Assembly (NCBI RefSeq): GCF_000237865.1
Contig: NC_017459.1
Span: 390,001-422,000, forward strand
Reading direction: 5' to 3'
DNA length: 32,000 nucleotides
DNA from: Haloquadratum walsbyi C23
GTDB taxonomy: Archaea; Halobacteriota; Halobacteria; Halobacteriales; Haloferacaceae
Shown here: in pieces, positions 1 through 9,326 of the stretch
How positions within the stretch are numbered: the stretch's first letter is position 1
Layout: every line of letters begins with the position of its first letter
Program-made: the position numbers and the translations under genes
The notes under the pieces: model-generated
The model's input: only the letters and a program-made list of their open reading frames with translations
Databases searched by the model: none
What the model was told of the DNA's origin: nothing

Positions 1-208
1 TCGATAGCCTGCGAGCCGTCGCGATATCGATCTCAGACCGGGAGAACCCCTCCGGGAACTCGGCGTCGGCGAGCGTCTCATCGGAGATAGCTGTCGAGTT
101 CAACGCCGGACTTGTCGTCGGGGTGGGGTCATCAGGGGCGACGTACCCATACCCCGCGAGAGCGAGGAGACACGCGACCGCGATCGCGGCGAAGACCCTC
201 CAAGACAC
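1..208 (-). CDS. partial CDS (3' end outside window): N-terminally membrane-anchored or secreted protein
   Basis: Absent from the ORF track because it runs off the left edge. The minus-strand frame from GTG (208-206) reads MSWRVFAAIAVACLLALAGYGYVAPDDPTPTTSPALNSTAISDETLADAEFPEGFSRSEIDIATARRLS with no stop to position 1. It has a hydrophobic N-terminal segment followed by an acidic Thr/Pro-rich tail typical of haloarchaea. It is more protein-like than the Arg-rich listed ORFs 100..282 and 123..320. Confidence 0.4.
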   Translation of the reverse strand, partial: MSWRVFAAIAVACLLALAGYGYVAPDDPTPTTSPALNSTAISDETLADAEFPEGFSRSEIDIATARRLS

Positions 209-781
209 GTCATTTTTTCGTGGTCACCGGGTAATGAAGTTGTTGACGACCCGCGCTGTAATCGCTCCCGCCGACGTTTCATTTATTTGTCCCCCGATAG
301 GGGGCCGAATCGGAAACTGAGTTATCGAGGCGGCAATCCGACTGACCCATCTTCAATCCCCGCTCGGTCTGTCGGTCGCGATACCCTCCGTGCCTTCTGA
401 TAACCTCGTCGACGTGACCCCAGGCGACCGGCGGTTGACCGCCGAGAGCGCGACGTCGAGATGTTCAAGCCGCTCGTCGACCCAATCGTCATAGCCCGGA
501 CCGACTCCGGATCCTCACCCGTCCAGTCGGCGACGCCGTCGATGGCGACGCTGAGATAGAGACGTATTTGAGGTTAGAGGACCGCCGGGTCAACCTGTTC
601 GCACTCCACCAACCGGTCGCTGGTGACCTCCGGCTTGCCACCGCCTCGTTCAAGATCATTACAACCTCGAACGGGTCGATATCTCAAGTCCCCGATGCCA
701 GCGAAGCATCATAGTCTGACCTACTATTTCAATTGTAGTGAGATTGATTAACTGCTTGACCAACCGGAATAGCACGAGACG

Positions 782-1307
782 TACGCAGATCGCATCAACG
801 ACCTGCTGAGGGACCGCGACTTTACCTCGCGTGCCGAGCAACCGCAGTTTCTAGACCCGCATGGCTTTCTCGCGAGCTACAACTTCACTTATATCGATAA
901 GGCAAGCATGGCGGCCGGCGTTGAGGTCCGGGTACTACTAGCCACACACTACATCACCGAGGAGTACTTCGGCTAGCCGCTCACAAAAAAGATGATCGAC
1001 GGTCTGGAGACACCGCTGAAATCAGTCGCTCGAGATGTCTTGATCGATGAATACGTCGACTACCGAAAGGAGGGCTTTGGCTTTCCTATCGAGATCAGAC
1101 GATACTCGACTCCGAACAGATATGGAGGAACTTCAGGAGATGACTGATGACGAGCGCATCCAGCGGTTGTTCGACGTCGAAACAATCAATAGTCTCGTTA
1201 ACGACCGCTACCAGGAGCGAGCGCAGAACGCGATAAAACTCTGGAAACTCTACACGCTGTGTCTCTGGATAGAAGAGTCCGACGTGACCATCTCGGGGCG
1301 AGCGTAA
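782..1307 (+). pseudogene. asparagine synthase (glutamine-hydrolysing, AsnB-like) C-terminal fragment, disrupted
   Basis: Frame 2 reads ...FLASYNFTYIDKASMAAGVEVRVLLATHYITEEYFG, then an in-frame TAG at 974-976, then PLTKKMIDGLETPLKSVARDVLIDEYVDYRKEGFGFPIE. The tail continues in another frame as listed ORF 1047..1307 (...ERIQRLFDVETINSLVNDRYQERAQNAIKLWKLYTLCLWIEE). DKASMAxGVEVRV, RKxGFxxP and the LWxLxxLxLW tail are AsnB C-terminal hallmarks. The N-terminal glutaminase domain is missing. Confidence 0.6.
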
Positions 1308-1341
1308 CCGGTCGTCGTGGACAGGTTCGGAAACATCATCC

Positions 1342-1590
1342 TCAGTCCAACAGGTCGCTGGTATTGACATCGATGGCTTGATTCTCCCGAATGGACCGTT
1401 GCACCTCGAACGAAAGCAGTGAACCCCAGAGTAGTTCGCCCGCCGGGAACGGGAATGGGTCGCCTTCTCGTGCGTAGTCAACCAGCGTCTCGAACTGCTG
1501 ATTGTGACCTTTCTTTTGATAGTGATTAGTGCAAGTCTTTACCGCCGTGATTATCCGTGTCGGTGATTGGAGCCGCTGAATCCGCGTCAT
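1342..1590 (-). CDS. hypothetical protein or gene remnant
   Basis: 82-aa ORF from the track with no recognisable motif. It lies in a region full of decayed genes, so it may be a fragment. Confidence 0.2.
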   Translation of the reverse strand: MTRIQRLQSPTRIITAVKTCTNHYQKKGHNQQFETLVDYAREGDPFPFPAGELLWGSLLSFEVQRSIRENQAIDVNTSDLLD

Positions 1591-2894
1591 TCGACACCGT
1601 CGGTGAAACTATTCGAACTAATCACTATGAGACAGCGGAACGATGCGGTCGTTCTTGTAATTCTCGACCGTGTGTATATATTCCCCAGTGAACGCCTCGG
1701 CGTACTCGCTTGACGTCGAAGGATCGCACAGTGTACAAGATGGTGCTAACCGAACCGTTCTTAAATGAGACAGTCACCGTGAGGTTGTCCTCTGTATCAT
1801 GGGCACTGTCGCCGGAAATAGGCTGTGCGTGGACCTGCTGGAGGACGGCATTAGTGAGAAACTGGGGGTAATCGAGGAAATGACACAGTCCGGTGACGAA
1901 TTATCCGCAAACTTGGTCAAGAAGCATTGAAACAGATTGTCCGAGAAGTTCTCTGACTCATCAACAATGTACTTCATAAGAGCGTTGTTCATTAGACTAC
2001 AGAAGTATAAATATCGCCGCAGCCGTTCTTGAGACACTCTATCTCAGATCGATATCACATGCATGAGTCCACACGTTCGTCGCGCCACAACTATTGGCTC
2101 ATTGAAATCTATGTCATACTGATCCATTAAACACTAAAACAAAACGGCGATTCTCACACGCTGGACTCCTCCAGATTATACAAAATCAAGGAAAATACTT
2201 GATCCGTCGGCATCAGGATCAGTCCGATAACCCCTCTACAGTCTGTCACCAATACCATGATCCGATATCCTCCGATTTCAAACCGAATATTTATCATAGA
2301 GATGAATCTGGGTGGTTATACAGCCGTTTTGAGTACTCAGAGTCCACCGCAACACCAAGTGAAAATCAAAGTCTTCAAAAACAATCAGGTCGTGGAACCG
2401 CTGGACCGCCACGGGTGGTTGGCAAGCAAACTCTGGAATGTTCTCAGATAGTGTTTGCGAGTCTGTGAAACGTAGTTTTATGATACTGTCAACTACTACT
2501 CCAGAAAATCTGGAGTGAGACGGGCGAAATTCCCAATCAGGTCGATTTCCAGGATATCCAGCCGATCTCAAGGATGTTGGAATCGAGCATACTCCGATCT
2601 AATCACCAACAATTCCTCACCCAAGAGACGTGGATACTCAATAGCCCATTCCTAGAGGTTTTTTTCGCTCCAACAGATCCGGTTCTTACGAACTGCTTTT
2701 TATCGAGATGCTCCAGCTGTTCACTGTTTGGATCAACGGAGAACATCATTACGTCACCTATTTTTGTAAGAGATGGAGTAATCTCTCCGTCATTACGTAT
2801 GTCAGATCTATCGTTTGCGGGGGTAGCTCACTACGAGATCTTTATTTGGGAGACAAGAGCCACAAGAACAATGTAGGAGATCTTTCAACCTGTA

Positions 2895-3602
2895 TCAAAC
2901 TACTGCAATGCAAAGTCGTCCTGACAATGTAATCGACACATGTTTATTCCGTTCCTTAATCCAAGAAGTGACATACCCTGCATCCTCTAGTGAACTAACG
3001 TGTCTAGTAATTGTACTTTTAACAGCTTCCAGATTATCTGATAATTCAGGTAATGTTACTGATGAATTAGCATCAGCAACTACTCGGAGTGTCTCTAAAG
3101 CCCCCTTCGATGGCATAGTAGAAACAGATGGTAGTCCGAACTCACGAACCTGACCATCAATATCGCTGTATCCAAGCGTGGTCGTTATCGCTGCTTCGTG
3201 AGCCATCGTCGCTACCGTCAGCGGTAACAGCACATCTCGCGCACCACCGCTAAGACTCACAACGACTTCTCCATCCGCTGTTCTGAGGAGATTGCTGCAG
3301 GTCATCACAGCGTCTTCGAAATCATTATGAGGTATTGATTCAGTATGCACAACAATTTTCGGTTCGATTTCCTGCAATAGTCTTTTTACATCTTCAACAG
3401 CCTCAGTCGCTCGATTATCATTAGTTTCAGTGGCCGGACGAATCAGTTGCACTGTATCCTCGCTGTCAATTCCGTGCTCAAGCAGGCTCCGAGTCACGCT
3501 GGTCGTGTTGAAGCCGATAGGTGAGATGAACGTCTGCATAATCGGCTGCTTGTCGCTGCCAACATTTAGTGTTGCAGTATCCTGCAATTGTGGTATATAC
3601 AT
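2895..3602 (-). CDS. csa3: Csa3-like CRISPR-associated transcriptional regulator (CARF domain + C-terminal winged HTH)
   Basis: Divergent from the cas operon. The N-terminal Rossmann-like CARF pattern is MQTFISPIGFNTTSV...VVVSLSGGARDVLLPL. The C-terminal MarR/wHTH-like part is VTLPELSDNLEAVKSTITRHVSSLEDAGYV. The likely true start is the internal ATG at 3539 (MQTFISPIGF), not 3602. Confidence 0.8.
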   Translation of the reverse strand: MYIPQLQDTATLNVGSDKQPIMQTFISPIGFNTTSVTRSLLEHGIDSEDTVQLIRPATETNDNRATEAVEDVKRLLQEIEPKIVVHTESIPHNDFEDAVMTCSNLLRTADGEVVVSLSGGARDVLLPLTVATMAHEAAITTTLGYSDIDGQVREFGLPSVSTMPSKGALETLRVVADANSSVTLPELSDNLEAVKSTITRHVSSLEDAGYVTSWIKERNKHVSITLSGRLCIAVV

Positions 3603-3663
3603 TTCTGATTTGATAAGTCGCTACATTTAACATTATTGGCTGTAAGAATTGGATAACTTCGCT
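3603..3663. promoter_or_regulatory. divergent csa3/cas6 promoter region with TATA-like element
   Basis: AT-rich intergenic DNA. TTTAACATTATT (about 3625-3636) lies roughly 27-35 nt upstream of the cas6 ATG at 3664. This fits an archaeal TATA box driving a leaderless or short-leader transcript. Confidence 0.35.
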
Positions 3664-4530
3664 ATGGAAACACAGTCGGAATCAACTAGCCGCCTACGTC
3701 GGATCGAACTGACGCTCCGCGTTGACGAGCGGTTCGACGTGCCACAATCGGACGGTTACTCGGTGTACAGCGCGCTGTTGGCTCTCCTCCAATCGGCCGA
3801 CGATGAGGTGAGCCAGCGGGTACATGACTCCGAGATTGGCAGCCTGCATACCAGTGGGCTCCGTGGTCCCTTCGGCGACGGCGAGCGGTCGTATCACAAA
3901 CAAATACTCCCCAACAAAGAGTACACACTCTCGCTAGGGGTCACCGATCCCAACGACGAAGCGATATTTGAGGCCCTCGTTTCCGGGCTGGTGTTCGCCG
4001 ACGAACCGTTGGAACTGACACACGGTCAGCTCCAGGTCGAATCCTTCGAGAGCGAGAACACCTTTCACGAGACACTGCTCACGGAGACCAACAAACTCGA
4101 CGATCCGACTATCGAGATGACTTTCCAGACGGCGACCTGTATCGAGGAGGCCGGCTCGGTAACGACAATGTTCCCGACGCGGGGAGCCGTCTTCGGCAGC
4201 CTGCTCGGGAAGTGGAACAATACGGCTCCAGATGAGCTGGCACTCGATGTCGGTCGGGATACACTGATCGAGTCGGTGATCGAGAAACCCCACGCCCGAA
4301 GTTACGATACCCACAGCGTGTTGGTCAATCGCGTCGACGATCCTGATGGTGGGACACAACCTCTATTTAGGCAGGGGTTCTCGGGGACGTGCGCATACGC
4401 GTTTAAGAATGCTAGTGAATCAGTTATGAACGCGGTGACGGCTCTCGCGCTGTTCGCTGAGTATTCCGGTGTTGGGAGTGCTGTGGCTCGGGGCTGTGGA
4501 CAGGTGAGTACAGACGTAAACAAACAATGA
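3649..4530 (+). CDS. cas6: Cas6 crRNA endoribonuclease (I-D associated)
   Basis: First gene of the cas operon. The C-terminal glycine-rich loop EYSGVGSAVARGCGQV is typical of Cas6. The ORF track starts at TTG 3649; ATG 3664 (METQSES...) is the more likely start. Its stop overlaps the cas10d start (ATGA at 4527-4530). Confidence 0.8.
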   Translation: MDNFAMETQSESTSRLRRIELTLRVDERFDVPQSDGYSVYSALLALLQSADDEVSQRVHDSEIGSLHTSGLRGPFGDGERSYHKQILPNKEYTLSLGVTDPNDEAIFEALVSGLVFADEPLELTHGQLQVESFESENTFHETLLTETNKLDDPTIEMTFQTATCIEEAGSVTTMFPTRGAVFGSLLGKWNNTAPDELALDVGRDTLIESVIEKPHARSYDTHSVLVNRVDDPDGGTQPLFRQGFSGTCAYAFKNASESVMNAVTALALFAEYSGVGSAVARGCGQVSTDVNKQ

Positions 4531-7500
4531 CAAATAATAATAAACAGATCAAGTTGGATGAAGTTGAATCAGAAGAAGAGTCTCATGTTGAGGGAGTCAA
4601 TTCCTTTTCATCGGCTCTCATCGAAGATCCAGAAAAGGAATTTGGAAGTGACTCCGATTCAGAGTCCGCGGAAGCGGAACTAGATCACATCTTAACCGAG
4701 TATATTTCAGAGATCGATCCACGGCTTGTGGAAGCTGGCTGGTCGTTCCTCCCAAACAAGAGCGTCGAATATGGGAAAGTCGATCAGTCGATGGTTAACC
4801 ATACTCGAAATCTGGTGTACTTTTTACATCAACTCGGTCGGCAGGTGCAGAATACGAACCTGCCTCCAATTACATCAAAAAAGCTCCGCCATCTTGTCGC
4901 ACTTGCAGTCACTCACGATTATCACAAACTTCGGGAGGAAGACAAGAATCCAGACAAACGGTTTGATATCGAAATCGACGAGCTTGAGTCGTTTATTGAT
5001 AAAATTGGGCTGACCGATTTTAGTGCTATTCCAAATGATCCCGACTCAGCACTCACAATGCGAACGTTCCGTTCATGTGCCGTCGATCATCATGACACTG
5101 AAAACGCCAATTCGACTCGTGTGACGACGACATGGCGAGAGTATCGACCATTAATCCGTCTAGCCGACTCAATGGCTTCTTCGACAACACCGGAGGCAGC
5201 AGCGGATGCTCGCGTCCAAGATCGATTCCATGAAGCATACCCCAGCGGAAGCGTTGAACTCGCATACCACCAAACCGACCATGTCAGTGGTATTTTCACG
5301 AATTTGCTGAACAAAACGGTAAGTGAGTATTTGCGAGAGGAGCACGAGTATCAACTGCTGACAATGTATCAGGATGGCTGTGTATACCTTGCACCAGCCG
5401 AGCAAGATCAATTAGAGATTGACGAAGAAACCGTTGCTGCGATCACCTCACGATTGGGAGACAGCATCAGAGATTCTCACCCGTCATACGATGATGTTGA
5501 TCAACTACAATCAAACTTTTCGATTGTCGGGGCGCAGGGACTCTACAGTCTGAACGAGCCTGATTTCTTCTATGCTGGTAGCAGGACAATGTTACAGGCA
5601 GTTGTTCGAAAGGGAATTACCGATGGCGACGCAGATACCGGTGCCACAGACGCTGCTACAGAGTCGATGAAACTATTAGAGGCCGAACTGGGTAGTGAAT
5701 TCGAAAAAACTGAACAACAGTACGGTCTCGGTCGTTTTGTAAACACAATAAAAAGCTGGTTTGTTGACCCACTGCTCCCCAGTCATCGAACTACAAACGA
5801 TCTGATTCGCACCACTGTCTCTGTATTTGATCTTTCAGATGAGCTATCAGAGAATCTGATTGCTCTTTCTGAGGACATCGACTCAGAACTTACCGGTGGC
5901 GGTAAATGGGAGTACTCTTATGCAATCGCACAAAGGCTTCTTGATCGACATGGAACCGGCCCGGTAATTCCTACCGTTGAAAAAGAAATCGTTTCGACAC
6001 TGTCGGAGGGGCTGACCGAACTCGTTGGTGACGATACCGATTGGCAGACTCAGATTCAGAACGAACACGCAGGGAACATGTCGACAGAAGTTCAGTCATT
6101 CATCGGTGAAAACCTTCGTATCGGCGGTGGTAATCTCATTCTCACAAATGCAACAGTTGACACCTACGACGAGTATGTAAAATCATCGCGAGGGAAGACC
6201 TGTACACTGTGCAGTCGTGGCGTCGCAGCGGGTGGAAATCTTGGTCCGATGAAGTCGAAGCAATCCCTGACGACATTACAGGGGGGATTCTCGAACAGAG
6301 AAATGGTTGGCGGAATGAAGCGTGATAAACTCCTGCTGTGTTCGACCTGTCGAATCGAATTTTCGTTGCGTGAAACGGCAGCATCAAGACGGGACAACGG
6401 ACGACTATTCTTCCATTTAGTACCAGATTACTTCTATACACCCTACTCTTGGCGGCTCTATTCCCGTTTGGTCAATCGATTCACTGGTGAAAACCGGGTT
6501 CGACTGGGACGACTTGCTGAACGGGTGTTCGACATAGATTCGTTTGAAGAGTTTACTGGTATAATGAACGAACTAACACAACCGGAAGGAAACGGGAGAA
6601 CGATGATCGAATCACTCTCTCGACAGTTCGACCGTAATCAACAGTTCGGAGCACAAACAATCGGTTACTTCAAGAACCCGGACAACGATACTGAATTCCA
6701 GTTTTTCAGTGCGTTTCTGGCTCTCACCGTGAGTGCCTACACTGGGATGCGAGTATATCTGAGTTCGTCCCCAGTGCCAGAAATGCGCTCTCGTGATTTT
6801 CCGGAGTTCGCAAAGATCGGGAGCGGGTTTACACAGGTGACTAGCTTCTACGGTGAGACCATTTCGCTCACCCACCTACGTCCAGTGCTCCAGTCAGCGG
6901 CTGCCATGGTGAAGCTCGGCTACGCAATCCAAGGCAACGATCGTAACGACTCTCTGTTTGCTAAATACCTCCGGACGACACGAAACGAGCTATTACCGGG
7001 GTCATATCTCCTCAAGCGCGCTGTCCAGACCTCAGATGAGGGGCCATATATACCGGCTCTGATGAGATATGCAGTCGTGCTTGATCAGCAAAATTCAATC
7101 AGACAATCCAATTCACAAATGAGTGACACACCACATAATCGAATCACAACACTCGCGAATCTCGCATACGATGCAATTCGACCCGCAAGCGGACATGGTC
7201 GGAAACCACATCGCGTCGAACGTGTCTTCCGTGAGAGTGTCAAGGCGGTCTCGAAGACAGGAAAGCAACTTGATCGAGAGGACTACAGAATGTGTGTTTC
7301 CGGTCGGCTTCAGAAGATGATTGACCGGCAAGCTGGCAATGCAGTCTATCCGGTTAGCGCTGAGGATTCAGACGCCGGGACACCACTTCAGGAGCGTATC
7401 GAGGGATACGCGACGTACTTCGTTGATAAAATCCTCTACGGAATCGCAAACGGACGTCCATCACAATTGAAACGACTCGAAAATAACCTTGCAGACGGTT

Positions 7501-7580
7501 TCTTCGGTGCGACACTTCGAGCCGAAGCGGACTACTACGACGAAGATAACGCTGAAAAACAGACAGCAGATCAAGCCTGA
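4527..7580 (+). CDS. cas10d: Cas10d large subunit with N-terminal HD nuclease domain
   Basis: 1017 aa. The HD motif is HLVALAVTHDYHKL (HD at 4914-4919), with upstream His residues (NHTRNLVYFLHQL). Paired CxxC motifs (KTCTLCSRG and LLLCSTCRIEF) are typical of the Cas10-family zinc finger. Its position ahead of csc2/csc1 is the subtype I-D signature. Confidence 0.85.
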   Translation: MTNNNKQIKLDEVESEEESHVEGVNSFSSALIEDPEKEFGSDSDSESAEAELDHILTEYISEIDPRLVEAGWSFLPNKSVEYGKVDQSMVNHTRNLVYFLHQLGRQVQNTNLPPITSKKLRHLVALAVTHDYHKLREEDKNPDKRFDIEIDELESFIDKIGLTDFSAIPNDPDSALTMRTFRSCAVDHHDTENANSTRVTTTWREYRPLIRLADSMASSTTPEAAADARVQDRFHEAYPSGSVELAYHQTDHVSGIFTNLLNKTVSEYLREEHEYQLLTMYQDGCVYLAPAEQDQLEIDEETVAAITSRLGDSIRDSHPSYDDVDQLQSNFSIVGAQGLYSLNEPDFFYAGSRTMLQAVVRKGITDGDADTGATDAATESMKLLEAELGSEFEKTEQQYGLGRFVNTIKSWFVDPLLPSHRTTNDLIRTTVSVFDLSDELSENLIALSEDIDSELTGGGKWEYSYAIAQRLLDRHGTGPVIPTVEKEIVSTLSEGLTELVGDDTDWQTQIQNEHAGNMSTEVQSFIGENLRIGGGNLILTNATVDTYDEYVKSSRGKTCTLCSRGVAAGGNLGPMKSKQSLTTLQGGFSNREMVGGMKRDKLLLCSTCRIEFSLRETAASRRDNGRLFFHLVPDYFYTPYSWRLYSRLVNRFTGENRVRLGRLAERVFDIDSFEEFTGIMNELTQPEGNGRTMIESLSRQFDRNQQFGAQTIGYFKNPDNDTEFQFFSAFLALTVSAYTGMRVYLSSSPVPEMRSRDFPEFAKIGSGFTQVTSFYGETISLTHLRPVLQSAAAMVKLGYAIQGNDRNDSLFAKYLRTTRNELLPGSYLLKRAVQTSDEGPYIPALMRYAVVLDQQNSIRQSNSQMSDTPHNRITTLANLAYDAIRPASGHGRKPHRVERVFRESVKAVSKTGKQLDREDYRMCVSGRLQKMIDRQAGNAVYPVSAEDSDAGTPLQERIEGYATYFVDKILYGIANGRPSQLKRLENNLADGFFGATLRAEADYYDEDNAEKQTADQA

Positions 7581-7582
7581 CA

Positions 7583-8572
7583 ATGATTCCAGACAATATC
7601 ACAAACGCACTCGCAGATGGTACCGTTCCAGTCGATAGTATGACTAACACACCTGGAACAAACTATACGACACTTCTGGTACTTCGGGAATTAGAGAGTC
7701 ACGCCGTTTTTACAACGAATGGACAGGATGCAGACATCACCTCACTGCCTATCATTGACGGAGATGAAAGTATTGAGTACTCTCCCGGTCTAATGTTTAT
7801 GCGGAAACAAACCGGTAGTGATCGGCGGACTGGGAAAGCGATTCAGCGGGAACTACTGGAATACGAGCGAAGCGATTCTATGGATGTTAACGATATGAAT
7901 CCCCAATCTGTTGAATCGGCACTCTACGGCAGTGCAGCCAGTGGGGACGATGATGTCGATATTGGTGTTACGTCGAGAGTGATGTACGATACTGCGTTCA
8001 CTGTCCGTGATGCAAGTGCGTGCATTGACGAGAAATTCCAGAACGCACCAGGTGAAGGATACGCTAAAGGATCAACTGCGAATATTCGGGAACCGGATTT
8101 TTTTGAGCCAGGAACGTTGTTCCCATGCACTATTACCCTTCGAGACGCGACACCTGCTGAGGTGGCGTTCGTCACTGCGATTACGAGCCGAAATAAACGG
8201 TATGGGGCAGCAACGACTCGGCTCGGTCGGGTGAACAATCGTGTACTCGGTCTCTATACTGGTTCAGAGGAAGGCTGTTCGAACCGAGAACTCACAGCCG
8301 AGACGATTGTTTCGTTTGCCAGTGAGGGTGACCGAACACTTGGTGATATCGTCCAAGCTCCGGTGCTAAATGCTGATCAAGCAGCGACATTCGTCCGGGA
8401 GGCTTACGACGCAGCATGTGCGGAGGAAATCGCACAGGCTCCCGTCGATGATAAGATTCTTAATGAGATACTAACACTAACAGGCGACGAAGAACTCCAA
8501 ACTGTGCTTGAAACGCAACAACCACACTCACAAACGTTCATTGACGACGCAATCGCGGCAGACGAAAATTAA
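7583..8572 (+). CDS. csc2: Csc2 (Cas7-group RAMP backbone subunit, subtype I-D)
   Basis: 329-aa ORF starting 2 nt after the cas10d stop, in the position and size expected for I-D Cas7/Csc2. The assignment rests mainly on synteny. Confidence 0.75.
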   Translation: MIPDNITNALADGTVPVDSMTNTPGTNYTTLLVLRELESHAVFTTNGQDADITSLPIIDGDESIEYSPGLMFMRKQTGSDRRTGKAIQRELLEYERSDSMDVNDMNPQSVESALYGSAASGDDDVDIGVTSRVMYDTAFTVRDASACIDEKFQNAPGEGYAKGSTANIREPDFFEPGTLFPCTITLRDATPAEVAFVTAITSRNKRYGAATTRLGRVNNRVLGLYTGSEEGCSNRELTAETIVSFASEGDRTLGDIVQAPVLNADQAATFVREAYDAACAEEIAQAPVDDKILNEILTLTGDEELQTVLETQQPHSQTFIDDAIAADEN

Positions 8573-8582
8573 TTCCCAAATC

Positions 8583-9326
8583 ATGGAGGTACTCGAAGCA
8601 ACCCTGACAACACACGGGAAAGTTGGATTTGCATCCCGAGAAGTCGGTCGGATGGCTGACACCGACCCGTATATCCTCAACACCGCACTGCACTATGCAC
8701 TCAATCTCGCAGGGGGTAACTACGTAGATGTCATGCACCAGCCAACATACATAGAGGATACAGCTAACATCGTAAACGAGGTGTATGTGACACCAGCGGT
8801 GCCAGTTGCAATCAAGACAGAATCGATCCGAACAGAATATCTAACTACTAACCGGAACGCAAGAACAGATACCTATGCAACCCCAAACTATCCGGCTGAG
8901 GACGATCCCACAGGGAAGGCTAATCAGAACCTGCCGACGTTTGAACGCGAACGAGCCTTGGCACCAGGAAATCATTTCCGGTTCTATATATTTCCGTATG
9001 GTCGGACAGCCGAGTCGGTCAAAGAGACGCTTCCATCTTATATCCGACTGGGCAAAAAGCGTGGAAAAGGCCACGTTCGATATCGCATCGTCAATGCTGA
9101 GCGAAACTCTGGACAGTTTTCATTGGGTCATCCATTAAGCATTTACGATCATGAAGCAAAGCCACTCGGCGGTGTCATGATGCGTCAAATGCAACCTACA
9201 CCACTCTGGTTTGAGGGTGAATTCAAATCTGAGCACTACGCGATAGAGTCTCCAGCGGGTTCCACTGAACGCGTGTGCTACCCGGCAGATGCCAAATTTC
9301 TGGCAACAAAACGTGACGATGTCTGA
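8583..9326 (+). CDS. csc1: Csc1 (Cas5-group RAMP subunit, subtype I-D)
   Basis: The track ORF starts at 8508 and overlaps csc2. ATG 8583 (MEVLEATLTTHGKVGFASREVG...), 10 nt after the csc2 stop, is the likely start. Its size (247 aa) and position match Csc1/Cas5d. Confidence 0.7.
   Translation: MEVLEATLTTHGKVGFASREVGRMADTDPYILNTALHYALNLAGGNYVDVMHQPTYIEDTANIVNEVYVTPAVPVAIKTESIRTEYLTTNRNARTDTYATPNYPAEDDPTGKANQNLPTFERERALAPGNHFRFYIFPYGRTAESVKETLPSYIRLGKKRGKGHVRYRIVNAERNSGQFSLGHPLSIYDHEAKPLGGVMMRQMQPTPLWFEGEFKSEHYAIESPAGSTERVCYPADAKFLATKRDDV

Noticed and set aside
100-320. Listed ORFs 100..282 (-) and 123..320 (+)
   Set aside because: They are Arg-rich shadow frames in GC-rich DNA. A different minus-strand frame (1..208) gives a plausible membrane-anchored acidic protein.
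1774-2932. Short ORFs in the AT-rich stretch upstream of csa3 (1774..2037, 2199..2468, 2257..2451, 2278..2571, 2574..2876, 2708..2932)
   Set aside because: They have no acidic haloarchaeal composition and no motifs, and they overlap one another. The stretch is probably non-coding or fully decayed DNA.
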